DNA of 64,000 nt from an uncultured Clostridia bacterium (lineage in GTDB: Bacteria; Bacillota; Clostridia; Christensenellales; CAG-138). The notes beneath the pieces were generated by a model. That model searched no databases. It had not been told where the DNA came from and worked only from the letters and a program-made list of their open reading frames with translations. The stretch is taken from NCBI GenBank assembly GCA_947168565.1, contig CAMVMM010000001.1:78717-142716 (forward strand), given 5' to 3'. Positions within the stretch are counted from its first letter, which is position 1. Each line of letters opens with the position of its first letter. The translations under genes and the position numbers were made by a program. This document shows positions 1 to 9,451 of the stretch, piece by piece.

Positions 1-1082
1 ACTATCGGCAGCCCCATGGTTTTGGCAAACTCATAGTCCCTCGTGTCGTGCGCGGGCACGGCCATAATAGCGCCCGTGCCGTAGCCCATCAGAACGTAAT
101 CGGATATCCAGACCGGAATGGGCTTGCCGGTGGCGGGATTTATCGCCGTCACGCCCTCAAGCGGCACGCCGGTCTTATCCTTTGCAAGCTCGCTGCGCTC
201 AAAATCGCTCTTTCTTGCGGCTGCGGCTCGGTATTCGCGCACCTTCCCGATATTGGCTATTCTATCGGAAAGCGCCTCAACGAGCGGATGCTCCGGCGCC
301 ACAACCATATAGGTGGCGCCAAAGAGCGTGTCGGGGCGGGTGGTGTAGATGCGCAGGCCCTCGTCGTAGCCATCTATTTTAAAGGTGACCTCCGCGCCGG
401 TGCTTCTGCCGATCCAGTTTTTCTGGGAGAGCTTTACCCTGTCGATAAAGTCCACGGTGTCCAGATCGTCGATCAATCTGTCGGCATACTCGGTGATCTT
501 GAGCATCCACTGGGAGCGCACCATGCGCACCACGGGGGCGCCGCAGCGCTCGCAGCAGCCGTCCACGACCTCCTCATTTGCAAGGCCGACCTTGCAGCTT
601 GTGCAGAAATTTATGGGAAGCTCCGCCTTATAAGCAAGCCCCTTTTCAAACATTTTAAGGAATATCCACTGCGTCCAGCGGTAATATTCGGGATCGGAGG
701 TGGATATCTCCCTTGAATAATCAAAGGAGAAGCCGAGCAGCTTGAGCTGATTATGGAAAACCTTTATATTGCGCGCAGTCACCTTCGCGGGGTGCTCGCC
801 GGTTCTTATGGCGTAGTTCTCGGTCGGAAGCCCGAAGCTGTCGTACCCGATCGGGAAAAGCACGTTGTAGCCCTCCATGCGGCGCTTTCTTGAAATAATA
901 TCAAGCGCGGTGTTGCTGCGCGGATGCCCCACGTGCAATCCGGCGCCGCTGGGGAACGGAAACTCGATAAGCGCATAGTATTTCGGCTTGGAAAAATCAT
1001 CCTTCGCCTCGAAGCAATGCGTATCGTCCCAAATCTTCTGCCATTTGCTCTCGATCGGCAAATGCTCGTAGCGTTCGCTCAT
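1..1082 (-). CDS. leuS: Leucine--tRNA ligase, N-terminal ~360 codons (gene continues past window start)
   Basis: Own minus-strand translation from ATG 1082..1080: [20 protein letters not shown]...[18 protein letters not shown] (HIGH-type motif), ...[20 protein letters not shown]..., ...[13 protein letters not shown]. The frame is open to position 1, so it is absent from the ORF track. A T-box leader lies upstream. Confidence 0.93.
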   Translation of the reverse strand, partial: MSERYEHLPIESKWQKIWDDTHCFEAKDDFSKPKYYALIEFPFPSGAGLHVGHPRSNTALDIISRKRRMEGYNVLFPIGYDSFGLPTENYAIRTGEHPAKVTARNIKVFHNQLKLLGFSFDYSREISTSDPEYYRWTQWIFLKMFEKGLAYKAELPINFCTSCKVGLANEEVVDGCCERCGAPVVRMVRSQWMLKITEYADRLIDDLDTVDFIDRVKLSQKNWIGRSTGAEVTFKIDGYDEGLRIYTTRPDTLFGATYMVVAPEHPLVEALSDRIANIGKVREYRAAAARKSDFERSELAKDKTGVPLEGVTAINPATGKPIPVWISDYVLMGYGTGAIMAVPAHDTRDYEFAKTMGLPI

Positions 1083-1133
1083 TTTGATATAAAACTCCCT
1101 TCGGTTTGTTATTCTTTTTAATGTATCGCCCGG

Positions 1134-1403
1134 ATAAAAGAAAACGCCCCCGGAAACGGCATTCCGTTTCCGAAGACGCAGGAAAGCATTTCAGCACCCG
1201 CGCGGTACCACTTCGGTTGCCCCTGCAAAAAGCGCAGGGACCGCTCAAGCCTTTAACGCAGGCATACGCTTGCGGCTGATGGCGAAAGCCACTCACCGCA
1301 AAAGCTCCGCGGTGAGTGCCGTTCACCTTCCATGCCGCCTTGCACCGACCGCGGCTCGCTTGATGGGAAATACGGAACGGATTTTCCGCTTCTTCGCAGT
1401 TAC
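1134..1403 (-). promoter_or_regulatory. T-box riboswitch leader (probable Leu specifier) with intrinsic terminator
   Basis: The minus strand reads GCAACCGAAGUGGUACCGCGCGGG (T-box core GGUACCGCG, plus coords ~1197-1220). A distal-loop-like GGUGCAA and AGCGAG lie upstream. A CUC followed by A (GGCACUCACC) is a candidate Leu specifier. A ~16-bp terminator stem GCGUCUUCGGAAACGG/CCGUUUCCGGGGGCGU is followed by UUUUCUUUUAU (plus 1134-1179), just upstream of leuS. Confidence 0.75.
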
Positions 1404-1410
1404 GCCGCTT

Positions 1411-1439
1411 ATTTTAGCACAGGCGGCTTTATTTGTCAA
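1411..1439 (-). promoter_or_regulatory. Sigma-A type promoter for the leuS T-box leader
   Basis: Minus strand has TTGACA (1439..1434), a 17-nt spacer, then TAAAAT (1416..1411). Confidence 0.6.
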
Positions 1440-1544
1440 CAAATTTGTTTTGCTGAAAGAAGTTTTCAAAGCAGGAAAGCCACTTTAGCCGCGAAGAGCC
1501 GCGCTTTCGGCCGTTTTTTACACCTATTTCGTGATGCGGCTGAG

Positions 1545-1573
1545 GTTGCAAAACAAAAGATTTTATGTTATAG
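1545..1573 (+). promoter_or_regulatory. Sigma-A type promoter for ORF 1611..2741
   Basis: TTGCAA (1545-1550), a 17-nt spacer, then TATAGT (1568-1573). An RBS AAAGGGGGA lies upstream of the ATG at 1611. Confidence 0.5.
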
Positions 1574-1610
1574 TATATTTAGCTAATAAAGGGGGATCGT
1601 CGTCCTGAGT

Positions 1611-2741
1611 ATGAGAGTTAGGCTCGTAAACAATCCATATATTCTTTATGAAACCGCGGGAATGGTCAGCATGTACTACACAAAGCGTTCTTTTGTGAAG
1701 ATAGCGGAGCATCTTGCGGGAAAATTCGGGAGCGTGCTTTCAAACAAGCAGATATCCGCTCTTCACGAACACGCCGTGATAGCTGACGACTTTTTAAACG
1801 AAGCCTGCGCCGATCTTGATATGGAATCCGAAGAGGTCAAATTCTTTTTCAAGCCCTTTGATACCGGAAGACAGGCTGAGCTGAACTGCGCCGCAAGGGT
1901 CGCCCTGACTTCATTCATGAAGCTTACCTCACCTGATTTTGACACTCAGGTGCAGGAGATCAAGCAGCGATGGCGCGATCTGAAAAAAGAAGGCGTGATG
2001 GTGGTGGATTTCACGAACGCCGGCATAGCGTTTGCATTGACCAAGGGCAGAAGCGTGCCCACTCTGTTTGAGCAGATATATTCGCTTCAGTACCCGCACG
2101 ACGCCAAGCTGGACGCATACCGCGTGCTCGACAATCTTGATTATTACGTGGACAGGCTTGCCGCCCTGCTCCGCCCCTATGCCGAAAGGCTTGAGGCGGG
2201 ACTTGACAAGCTTCGGCCGATCTATGCCCATGCCGCCGAAAGCTGGAGCATCGGATTTGACAATATTACAGCCGAACAGTTTGCATCGCTCATCCGAATA
2301 GACCATTCAAACAGATTCACGCACGAAACCACCGCAGGGTTCAGCCTCTTTTTCTTCAATGAAATCGGCTTTGGCTACGAGCCCGGCACGGACGACAAGA
2401 TAGCCACGCTGTATATAGGCGCCGGCGTTTTTCCCGAGTTTACAAACGGCTACGTTGAAAAAAGGGCGGACAGGCTTTCGGAAACCATGAAGGCGTTCAC
2501 CGACCCCGTGAAGCTTGAGATGCTTTCAAGACTTTGCCACGAGCCGGATTACTGCCTGAATATAGCGCAGAAGATGAATATTAACGCCGGTAATGCGTCA
2601 AGGCATCTCACCGGAATATATGACATGGGTCTGCTCTTCAGGGAGAAGCTGAACAACCGCACCTACTACAGGACCGACGTTGAAGCGGTGAAGCGCGTGC
2701 TGTCCGACATTCTGGTTTACATTTCCTCCTCCGAAAAATGA
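1611..2741 (+). CDS. Putative transcriptional regulator: C-terminal ArsR-type winged HTH with a ~290-aa N-terminal domain of unknown function
   Basis: 376-aa ORF. The C-terminus (KLEMLSRLCHEPDYCLNIAQKMNINAGNASRHLTGIYDMGLLFREKLNNRTYYRTD) has the ArsR/SmtB HTH pattern. I do not recognise the N-terminal part. Confidence 0.6.
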   Translation: MRVRLVNNPYILYETAGMVSMYYTKRSFVKIAEHLAGKFGSVLSNKQISALHEHAVIADDFLNEACADLDMESEEVKFFFKPFDTGRQAELNCAARVALTSFMKLTSPDFDTQVQEIKQRWRDLKKEGVMVVDFTNAGIAFALTKGRSVPTLFEQIYSLQYPHDAKLDAYRVLDNLDYYVDRLAALLRPYAERLEAGLDKLRPIYAHAAESWSIGFDNITAEQFASLIRIDHSNRFTHETTAGFSLFFFNEIGFGYEPGTDDKIATLYIGAGVFPEFTNGYVEKRADRLSETMKAFTDPVKLEMLSRLCHEPDYCLNIAQKMNINAGNASRHLTGIYDMGLLFREKLNNRTYYRTDVEAVKRVLSDILVYISSSEK

Positions 2742-2782
2742 TCCGTCCGAAGCAAAGCTTCAGGCACAGGATAGCATAAGTC

Positions 2783-2817
2783 AAAATAACGGCTCGGAGC
2801 GCTGCCCGGGCCGTTTG
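2783..2817. terminator. Hairpin between convergent genes (probable bidirectional terminator)
   Basis: AACGGCTCGG (2788-2797) pairs with CCGGGCCGTT (2806-2815) around an 8-nt loop. On the minus strand a TTTT run follows, downstream of lgt. Confidence 0.5.
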
Positions 2818-2850
2818 AATACGGAATAAAGGTGCTTTAAAGGGCTGGGA

Positions 2851-3711
2851 TCATTCCTCCGCCTCCGAGGGGGCCGCTTCGCCGGACGCAGGCTCGGCGC
2901 CGCCCTCAGGGACGGTTTCGGTCTGCGGCGAGGCAAGCATATTCCGCTCGCGCCTGACGCTGAGGATAAGGCCGATCACGCCAACGACCACCATTGCGAT
3001 GCTTATCCATTGCGAGGTGGAGAGCCCGAAAAGTATGCCGCGGATCTCATCGAAGCGGAAATACTCAAGCACGAAGCGCTCGATGCCGTACAGGATCATG
3101 TATAAAAACAGCACGCTGCCGCGCTTCATCTGCTTACCGACGTAGAGCATGAGGATGATGAAAACCACTATATTGCAGGCGGCTTCAACAAGCTGGATCG
3201 GGAAAACCGGCACGCCGACAGGTGCGCCGCCGATCGGATTTGTGTAGATAACGGAGATGGGCGTGTCCACGCATTTGCCGTAGCAGCAGCCCGCAAGGAA
3301 GCAGCCTATTCTGCCCACGGCGTGGGCAAGCGGGATGGTGGGCACGATTATCGCCGCATAATCCCAAACCTTTTCCTTTTTGATGAGCTTGAGATAGGCG
3401 ATAACGGCAAGGGCGCCGCCGATAACGCCGCCGTAGAACACAAGGCCGCCGCTTTTGAACACGGAAAAGCTGCCGTCCGTGATGCTTTTCCAGATCTCGC
3501 TAATAGGATAGGTCACGAAAATATACAGCAGATAAGCGGACACAAGCCCGATGATGATCGCCGCAAGCGCGAGATCGAGAATGGTGTTGGGGTTCTTCCC
3601 CGCCTTTTTGGCGCGGATATAGCTCAGCACGATGGCAAGTATAAACGCAAGCGCCATCATAAGCCCGTAGCTCGGTATTCTTAAACCGAAAACATCTATA
3701 AACGGATGCAT
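2851..3711 (-). CDS. lgt: Prolipoprotein diacylglyceryl transferase
   Basis: Polytopic 286-aa ORF with the Lgt signature GRIGCFLAGCCYG. RBS AAGGAG upstream. Confidence 0.9.
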   Translation of the reverse strand: MHPFIDVFGLRIPSYGLMMALAFILAIVLSYIRAKKAGKNPNTILDLALAAIIIGLVSAYLLYIFVTYPISEIWKSITDGSFSVFKSGGLVFYGGVIGGALAVIAYLKLIKKEKVWDYAAIIVPTIPLAHAVGRIGCFLAGCCYGKCVDTPISVIYTNPIGGAPVGVPVFPIQLVEAACNIVVFIILMLYVGKQMKRGSVLFLYMILYGIERFVLEYFRFDEIRGILFGLSTSQWISIAMVVVGVIGLILSVRRERNMLASPQTETVPEGGAEPASGEAAPSEAEE

Positions 3712-3850
3712 ATAAAACTCCTTTGGTTATTTTTGGTCATTCTTTGGTTATTCTTTCGGCAGCCGGTGTGCCGCAAGCTATATAATACACTTTTATCGGC
3801 CGTATGTCAAACCGGAGCGGGCAAATGGCCCGGGCTTGCCTCGAACCCAT

Positions 3851-4567
3851 TCAGATTTGAACGCGGAACTCGAACATATATTCTATATATTCAAACAGCA
3901 GCTTTTTCAGCTCGCTGCGCATACCCTCCGTTAGCTTCACCCTGTAAAGCTCCCTTGTGTCAAGCAGCAGCATCCTGCGCAGCGCCTCCATCGTCATGGG
4001 CGAATAGCTCGGCTCATCGTGCGCACACTCCCCGCAAACCGCGCCGCCGCTGCCGCACGAAAAGCGGATGGAGCTTGAGTCAAGCACGCTTTTTCCGCAT
4101 AAGGCGCAGCTTGTGATGACCGGCTCATAGCCCTCTATCGAAACAAGCTTCACAGCAAAGGCAAGCAGCATATCCTGCGGCTCGACCGGAGAATACGAAA
4201 CAAAGCCAAGCACGCTGTATAATAGCTCAAAAAGCTCGTCCGATCGTTCGTTTGAAGCGGTTTTTTCCGCAAGCCTTGCGATCAAGGCGCAGGCGGAAAG
4301 GCGGTCGTAATCCTCGCGTATGGGATAGAACGCCTCTATAAGGCTTGAGGAGGAAACGAGCAGTATGCGGTTTCGCTCATAGATCACGAATTCGCCGCAG
4401 CAGAAAACGTCCTTCACGGCGGATGCGGCGCTCTTTTTATTTGCGCGAACTCCGCGCGCCGTCAACGAAACAAGCCCGCGCTCGCGGGTCAGCACCGTCA
4501 GTATTCGGTCGTTTTCTTTATAATCCGTATAGCGAAGCACTATTCCGGTTACGGTTTCAAAGCTCAT
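3851..4567 (-). CDS. recO: DNA repair protein RecO
   Basis: 238 aa. N-terminus (VTGIVLRYTDYKENDRILTVLTRERGLVSLTARGVR) and a C-terminal Cys cluster (CALCG...CGSGGAVCGEC). Sits in the era-yqzL-recO position as in Bacillus. Confidence 0.88.
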   Translation of the reverse strand: MSFETVTGIVLRYTDYKENDRILTVLTRERGLVSLTARGVRANKKSAASAVKDVFCCGEFVIYERNRILLVSSSSLIEAFYPIREDYDRLSACALIARLAEKTASNERSDELFELLYSVLGFVSYSPVEPQDMLLAFAVKLVSIEGYEPVITSCALCGKSVLDSSSIRFSCGSGGAVCGECAHDEPSYSPMTMEALRRMLLLDTRELYRVKLTEGMRSELKKLLFEYIEYMFEFRVQI

Positions 4568-4688
4568 AGCCTGTTTGCGGCAGCTCTGCCGCGCTTTTCC
4601 ATGATTGGCGCATAATGGCTTGATTCCATACGCTCCGGGCGGGAAGACTATTAAAAGAATGATCCTTCACAAAATCAAGGAGGCGGGA

Positions 4689-4871
4689 ATGAATAAGCCA
4701 TATTATATTGAAGGGCTTGGCCGGGGAGCGGGCAGCAGCGAGGAGCTTGACGCGCTTTGGCAAAGCTTTAAAAGAAGCGGCAGAATAGAGGACTATCTGC
4801 TGTATACACGAATGAGAGAAACGGGAAAAAAGGCGCAGCCTCAAGGCGGAGCGCAGGGCGTAGAGCTTTAA
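4689..4871 (+). CDS. YqzL-like small protein (start moved to the internal ATG with a strong RBS)
   Basis: AGGAGG lies 6 nt before the ATG at 4689. The segment ELDALWQSFKRSGRIEDYLLYTRM resembles the W..F..TG.I..YLL pattern I recall for the YqzL family. It lies between era and recO but on the opposite strand. Confidence 0.55.
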   Translation: MNKPYYIEGLGRGAGSSEELDALWQSFKRSGRIEDYLLYTRMRETGKKAQPQGGAQGVEL

Positions 4872-5767
4872 AAATTGGGGTCGAAGCCGAATTCCCGGAG
4901 CGCTGACGCGCTGTTTCGCCAATCGGGACGAACCTTCACGTATAGCTGAAGATTGACCTTCGTGCCGAAAAGCCACTCTATCTCATGCCGAGCATTCGTG
5001 CCGATCTTCTTCAGCATGGAGGCGCCCCTGCCTATCACTATGCCCTTGTGCGATTCGCGCTCGCAGTAGATGGTGGCAAGCACGTCGTGAATGCCGTCCT
5101 CCCTAAGCTGAATCTTATCTATGCCGATGCCGATGCCGTGCGGTATCTCGTCCCTCAAAAGCCTGAGCGCGGTTTCGCGTATCATCTCGGCGCAGATAGC
5201 CCACATAGGCTGATCGGTGACCATATCGTCCGGATAATACTGCGGACCCTCGGTAAGATAGCTCATCAGCACCTTTTCAAGCTTATCCACTCCCCTGCCG
5301 CTCTCGGCGCAGATGGGTACGATATGCTTGATCCAGCTCTCGCGCGAAAGGCGCTCCGTGATTTCGTCTATATCTCCAAGGCTGGCAAGATCGGTTTTGT
5401 TTATTGCGGCGATAACGGGAGTTTTGCCGATTTTTTCCGAAAGCGCGCTCAAGAGCCGCTCGTCCTTTTCGCGGATGCCGACGGAAGCGTCCAGCATAAG
5501 AAGCACCGCGTCCACGTCGCTTATGGTATCGAACGCGACCTTGACCATGTATTCGCCCAGCCTGTTTTTGGGAGCGGTAACGCCGGGCGTGTCAAGGAAG
5601 ATCATCTGACAGCCCTCGCGGGACACAACGCCGGTGATGCGGTTGCGCGTGGTCTGCGCGCGATCGGAAACTATGCTGATTTTCTGCCCAACCATACGGT
5701 TCAAAAGGGTGGATTTTCCAACGTTTGGGGAGCCGATTATCGTGAAAAAGCCGGAGCGATAGCTCAT
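4868..5767 (-). CDS. era: GTPase Era
   Basis: 299 aa with GSPNVGKST (G1), DTPG (G3), NKTD (G4) and a C-terminal KH region. Confidence 0.95.
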   Translation of the reverse strand: MSYRSGFFTIIGSPNVGKSTLLNRMVGQKISIVSDRAQTTRNRITGVVSREGCQMIFLDTPGVTAPKNRLGEYMVKVAFDTISDVDAVLLMLDASVGIREKDERLLSALSEKIGKTPVIAAINKTDLASLGDIDEITERLSRESWIKHIVPICAESGRGVDKLEKVLMSYLTEGPQYYPDDMVTDQPMWAICAEMIRETALRLLRDEIPHGIGIGIDKIQLREDGIHDVLATIYCERESHKGIVIGRGASMLKKIGTNARHEIEWLFGTKVNLQLYVKVRPDWRNSASALREFGFDPNF

Positions 5768-6699
5768 TTAACAAGATCCTCCTTTGAAAAAGCCATTGGA
5801 AGCAGCGCTCCGAGCGTTGTTAAAATATGTTCACCATCCTTATTGGCGCAGAGTACCGGCATGGAATCCGCGCAAAACTCGCAGAGCACCTGCCTGCAAA
5901 CGCCGCAGGGATAGGTGAAATAATCGCTGTCGGAAGCGATAGCAAGCGCTTCAAAGCTCGTTTCCCCTTCGGAAACCGCCTTAAAAACCGCCGTCCTCTC
6001 CGCGCAGTTCGTGGGCGAATAGGCGGCGTTTTCTATATTGCAGCCGAGGTAAAATTTGCCGCTTGATGAAAGCAGGCACGCGCCGACGCGAAAGCCGGAA
6101 TACGGCACGTAGGCTTTTTCCCGCGCCTCAAGCGCCTTGTTTATCATTTCCGAAATAAGCGATTCATTCATACTAAACTCCCTGCCGCAGTTTTCTTCCG
6201 CATATTCAATCAAATTGGGCTCAACTTCAGCCATTATCACGCGCTGACGCGAAAGCATCAGCTCCTCATCCTCCGCAGCGATATGATCGTATCCAAGCAG
6301 ATGGAGCATTCCGTGAACGGTCAAAAAGGCAATCTCCCGCACCGTGGAATGCCCGAGCGATTCCGCCTGGCGGCCCGCAGTCGGCACGGAGATCATAATA
6401 TCGCCAAGAAAGCCGTCCGGAGGGGTCAAAAGCGCCTCGCCCTCATCTGCGGGGAAGCTTAAAACGTCCGTCGGCCTGTCCACCCCGCGAAAGTCGCGGT
6501 TGCAGCGATGGATGGTTTCATCATCGGTCAGGATAACGCAGGGGTATCTGCCCGCCGCACCCTCCGCTTCAAGCACCGCCTTCACCGCGCAGGAAACTGC
6601 CTGCTCCGCTCCGCGCGGCGCTGCCTCATATTCTATTTCAATCTGAATTCCCGGATCCGCCATATCGCAAACACCGCTTTTCAAAGAATTATCACTCAT
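5764..6699 (-). CDS. Single ORF fusing endoribonuclease YbeY (N-terminal half) to cytidine deaminase (C-terminal half)
   Basis: The YbeY motif HGMLHLLGYDH is at residues ~129-139. The Cdd zinc motifs CAERTA and PCGVCRQ are in the C-terminal 135 aa. There is no stop codon between them. An internal ATG at 6171 with RBS GGGAG could also start cdd independently. Confidence 0.85.
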   Translation of the reverse strand: MSDNSLKSGVCDMADPGIQIEIEYEAAPRGAEQAVSCAVKAVLEAEGAAGRYPCVILTDDETIHRCNRDFRGVDRPTDVLSFPADEGEALLTPPDGFLGDIMISVPTAGRQAESLGHSTVREIAFLTVHGMLHLLGYDHIAAEDEELMLSRQRVIMAEVEPNLIEYAEENCGREFSMNESLISEMINKALEAREKAYVPYSGFRVGACLLSSSGKFYLGCNIENAAYSPTNCAERTAVFKAVSEGETSFEALAIASDSDYFTYPCGVCRQVLCEFCADSMPVLCANKDGEHILTTLGALLPMAFSKEDLVK

Positions 6700-6725
6700 A
6701 AATCAAGCATTTTCCCCGCCGTGGA

Positions 6726-8264
6726 TCAGTTTTTTTCGATCAAGCCCCTGTTTATCGCAGAATCTGGCAGATTTTGGGGATACTCAACCCTTTCGTGATA
6801 CTGCGCAAGCAGGGTGGTGATGAAGCATTTCTCAATGCTTCTTATATCCGCCGCCGTGAGGGGGCATTGGGAGAGCTGACCGTCATCCGGCTGCCAAAGC
6901 CCTTTGATAACGGACTTCACGCGCTCCTCTATAAGCTCCGCAGTGGGGCGCTTTATTGCGCGAACCGCCGCCTCGCAGCAATCCGCAAGCATTAGCACCG
7001 CGCCCTCCTTGGTGCGGGGCTTTTCGCCGTCGTAGGCAAAGGCTTCGCGCTGAACGGTGGATTTATCCTCCGCATTTTCAAGCGCTTTGTTGTAAAAATA
7101 CATCATAACGGAGTCCCCGTGATGCTGGGAGGCGATCTTGATAAGCTCCGAAGGGAACCTGCTCTTTGCAAGCATCGCCGCGCCGTCATGCTGATGCGCT
7201 ATGATGCGTCTTGCGCTCTCCTCGGGCGAAAGCTCGTCGTGGATATTGTATTCCCCCTGGTTCTCCTTAAAATACTTGGGGCCCACAAGCTTGCCCACGT
7301 CGTGATAGTATGCCGCCGCCTTGCAAAGAAGCGGGTTTGCGCCGACTATCTCCGCCGCGCTCTCCGCAAGCACGCCCACTATCAGCGAATGGTGATAGGT
7401 TCCCGGCGCTTCAAGCATGAGGCGCTTCAGAAGCGGGTTGTTGTTGTTTAAAAGCTCGTTCAGCCGCGCGTCGGTTGCAACATCGAAAACCGCTTCAAAC
7501 ACGGGCAGAAGCCCAGTTGCCGCAATTCCGCAGATAATTCCGCCGCCAAGCATCCACGCCGAATCCGAAAGGATGGATGAGGTGCTCTCGTGAAGAAAAG
7601 CGAGGCAGCCCGCCGTCACAAGCGCCGAGGCGAAGCCGCCCACAAGCCCGGAAAGTATCGGCAAGGTTCTGCTTTGGCGCGAATTGAGGGTAAGCACGGA
7701 AACTATGCCGCCTATCAGCACGGAAAGCATTATTACAAAAGGCTTGTCCAACGCACCATGGCCGGAGGTGGTGAGCGTCAGCAGCATGCTCGTGCCCGCC
7801 ATCAACACGCTCAGGGTGTACGCCGAGCGCCTTGTGACAAGAAGGCCGCAAAGGATGATTGCGACGGGCGCGGCAACGAAGGTGTAGGACACCACGGAGG
7901 TAACGGCTGTGAGGATATTGGCAAGCGCTATGAGCGTTGCGACCGCGAAAAGGCGGTTTGGCTTAGTCAGCAGCGTTCTATCCTCAAAATAAAGGTAGGT
8001 TTCATACAGCAGCACGGTCGTAGCGGAGCATACAGCGCAGATCGCGGCAAGCCAGATAAGGTTCAGCCCGCCCTTTTCGACCCAGGCTCCCGATATGCGG
8101 ATATATGCCGCAAGAAACACGATCACCGCCACGAGCGCTATCACGATGAAGCCGAAGCTTGGCGCAACGCGCTTTCTTGCCTTTCCCATCAGGGAGCCGA
8201 GTCCGCGCTTTGGCGATTCCACGACTGCGGCCTGATTATGCCCGCTTGATTCTTTCTTTTTCAT
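6726..8264 (-). CDS. 7TM-HD membrane phosphohydrolase (PgpH/YqfF-like), short form
   Basis: 512 aa. Multiple TM helices are followed by an HD domain (YYHDVGK, HHGDS). It sits between phoH and ybeY as yqfF does in Bacillus. RBS GAGGTG. Confidence 0.8.
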   Translation of the reverse strand: MKKKESSGHNQAAVVESPKRGLGSLMGKARKRVAPSFGFIVIALVAVIVFLAAYIRISGAWVEKGGLNLIWLAAICAVCSATTVLLYETYLYFEDRTLLTKPNRLFAVATLIALANILTAVTSVVSYTFVAAPVAIILCGLLVTRRSAYTLSVLMAGTSMLLTLTTSGHGALDKPFVIMLSVLIGGIVSVLTLNSRQSRTLPILSGLVGGFASALVTAGCLAFLHESTSSILSDSAWMLGGGIICGIAATGLLPVFEAVFDVATDARLNELLNNNNPLLKRLMLEAPGTYHHSLIVGVLAESAAEIVGANPLLCKAAAYYHDVGKLVGPKYFKENQGEYNIHDELSPEESARRIIAHQHDGAAMLAKSRFPSELIKIASQHHGDSVMMYFYNKALENAEDKSTVQREAFAYDGEKPRTKEGAVLMLADCCEAAVRAIKRPTAELIEERVKSVIKGLWQPDDGQLSQCPLTAADIRSIEKCFITTLLAQYHERVEYPQNLPDSAINRGLIEKN

Positions 8265-8320
8265 TCACTCACCTCATCTAAGGCTTTCGGGGATAAAACC
8301 CGCGTTTTCGCGGAGAAAAG

Positions 8321-9451
8321 TCAGTTCTGTTTTTTATCGTGCCTTGAAGCATAGGCAGACTGCTCCCGGTCCGCGGAATCATCCTGCCTTGCGGCCCTTT
8401 CCCGGGCCCGCGCGGCGGCAAGCTCTGCCGCTTTTTCGTATGCACGAACTATGCGCTGAACCATCTCATGGCGCACAACGTCCCGCGCGGTGAGATGGAC
8501 CTCGGCGATTCCCTCAACATCCTCAAGCACCTTCAGCGCGTGGATGAGCCCACTCTTTTTATCCTGCGGCAGGTCTATCTGCGTTATATCGCCCGTTACG
8601 ACCACGCGGGAGCCCTCGCCGAAGCGGGTCAGAAACATTTTCATCTGCTCAATGGTGCAGTTTTGCGCCTCGTCAAGGATGATATAGGCATCGTTCAGCG
8701 TTCTGCCGCGCATATACGCAAGCGGAGCCACCTCGATCACGCCGCGCTCGGAAAGGGTCTTGAAGCCCTCCGAGCCAAGAAAATCGTATAAAGCATCGTA
8801 CAGCGGGCGCAGGTAAGGATCGACCTTGTTCTGAAGATCGCCGGGCAGAAAGCCCAGCTTCTCCCCCGCCTCCACAGCGGGGCGTGTCAGTATGATACGG
8901 CTGACCTCTTTATTTTTGAAGGCAAGCACCGCCATGGCCACGGCAAGATAGGTTTTGCCGGTTCCTGCGGGGCCGACGCCGAACACGACCGTGTTCTTTT
9001 TAAGGGCGTTCACGTACTTTTTCTGGCCGAGCGTTTTGCATTTTATCTGCTTGCCACGGCTTGTGAAGGCTATCACGTCGTCCGCAAGGTCGACTATCAG
9101 CTCCGGATTGCCCTCCTTTGCAAGATCTATCGCGTACCGGATCCGCCCCCTGTCGATGCTTTCGCCCTTTTGAATGAGCGCAAGCATGCCTGTGATCACA
9201 CCGGCCGCGGCCGAAACGGAGGCCTCGCTGCCCGAAACCCTGATCCGCTCATCGTTGAAGCTGATGTGCGCGCCTGTTTCCGCCTCGATTATGCGCAGAT
9301 TTTCATCGAACACTCCGAAAAGGCGTATCGCCTCGTCCATGGAGTTAAAGTCTATATATTCAACCGCAGCATCTCGGGCTTCACCAACGGAAGCCGCCTG
9401 CTCCGACTCATGCCCCGAAACCATTTCTTCGGGCATTTCGCTATTTGTCAT
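8321..9451 (-). CDS. phoH: PhoH-family ATPase
   Basis: 376 aa with Walker A GPAGTGKTY and LDEAQN. Conserved position after yqfD. Confidence 0.9.
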   Translation of the reverse strand: MTNSEMPEEMVSGHESEQAASVGEARDAAVEYIDFNSMDEAIRLFGVFDENLRIIEAETGAHISFNDERIRVSGSEASVSAAAGVITGMLALIQKGESIDRGRIRYAIDLAKEGNPELIVDLADDVIAFTSRGKQIKCKTLGQKKYVNALKKNTVVFGVGPAGTGKTYLAVAMAVLAFKNKEVSRIILTRPAVEAGEKLGFLPGDLQNKVDPYLRPLYDALYDFLGSEGFKTLSERGVIEVAPLAYMRGRTLNDAYIILDEAQNCTIEQMKMFLTRFGEGSRVVVTGDITQIDLPQDKKSGLIHALKVLEDVEGIAEVHLTARDVVRHEMVQRIVRAYEKAAELAAARARERAARQDDSADREQSAYASRHDKKQN

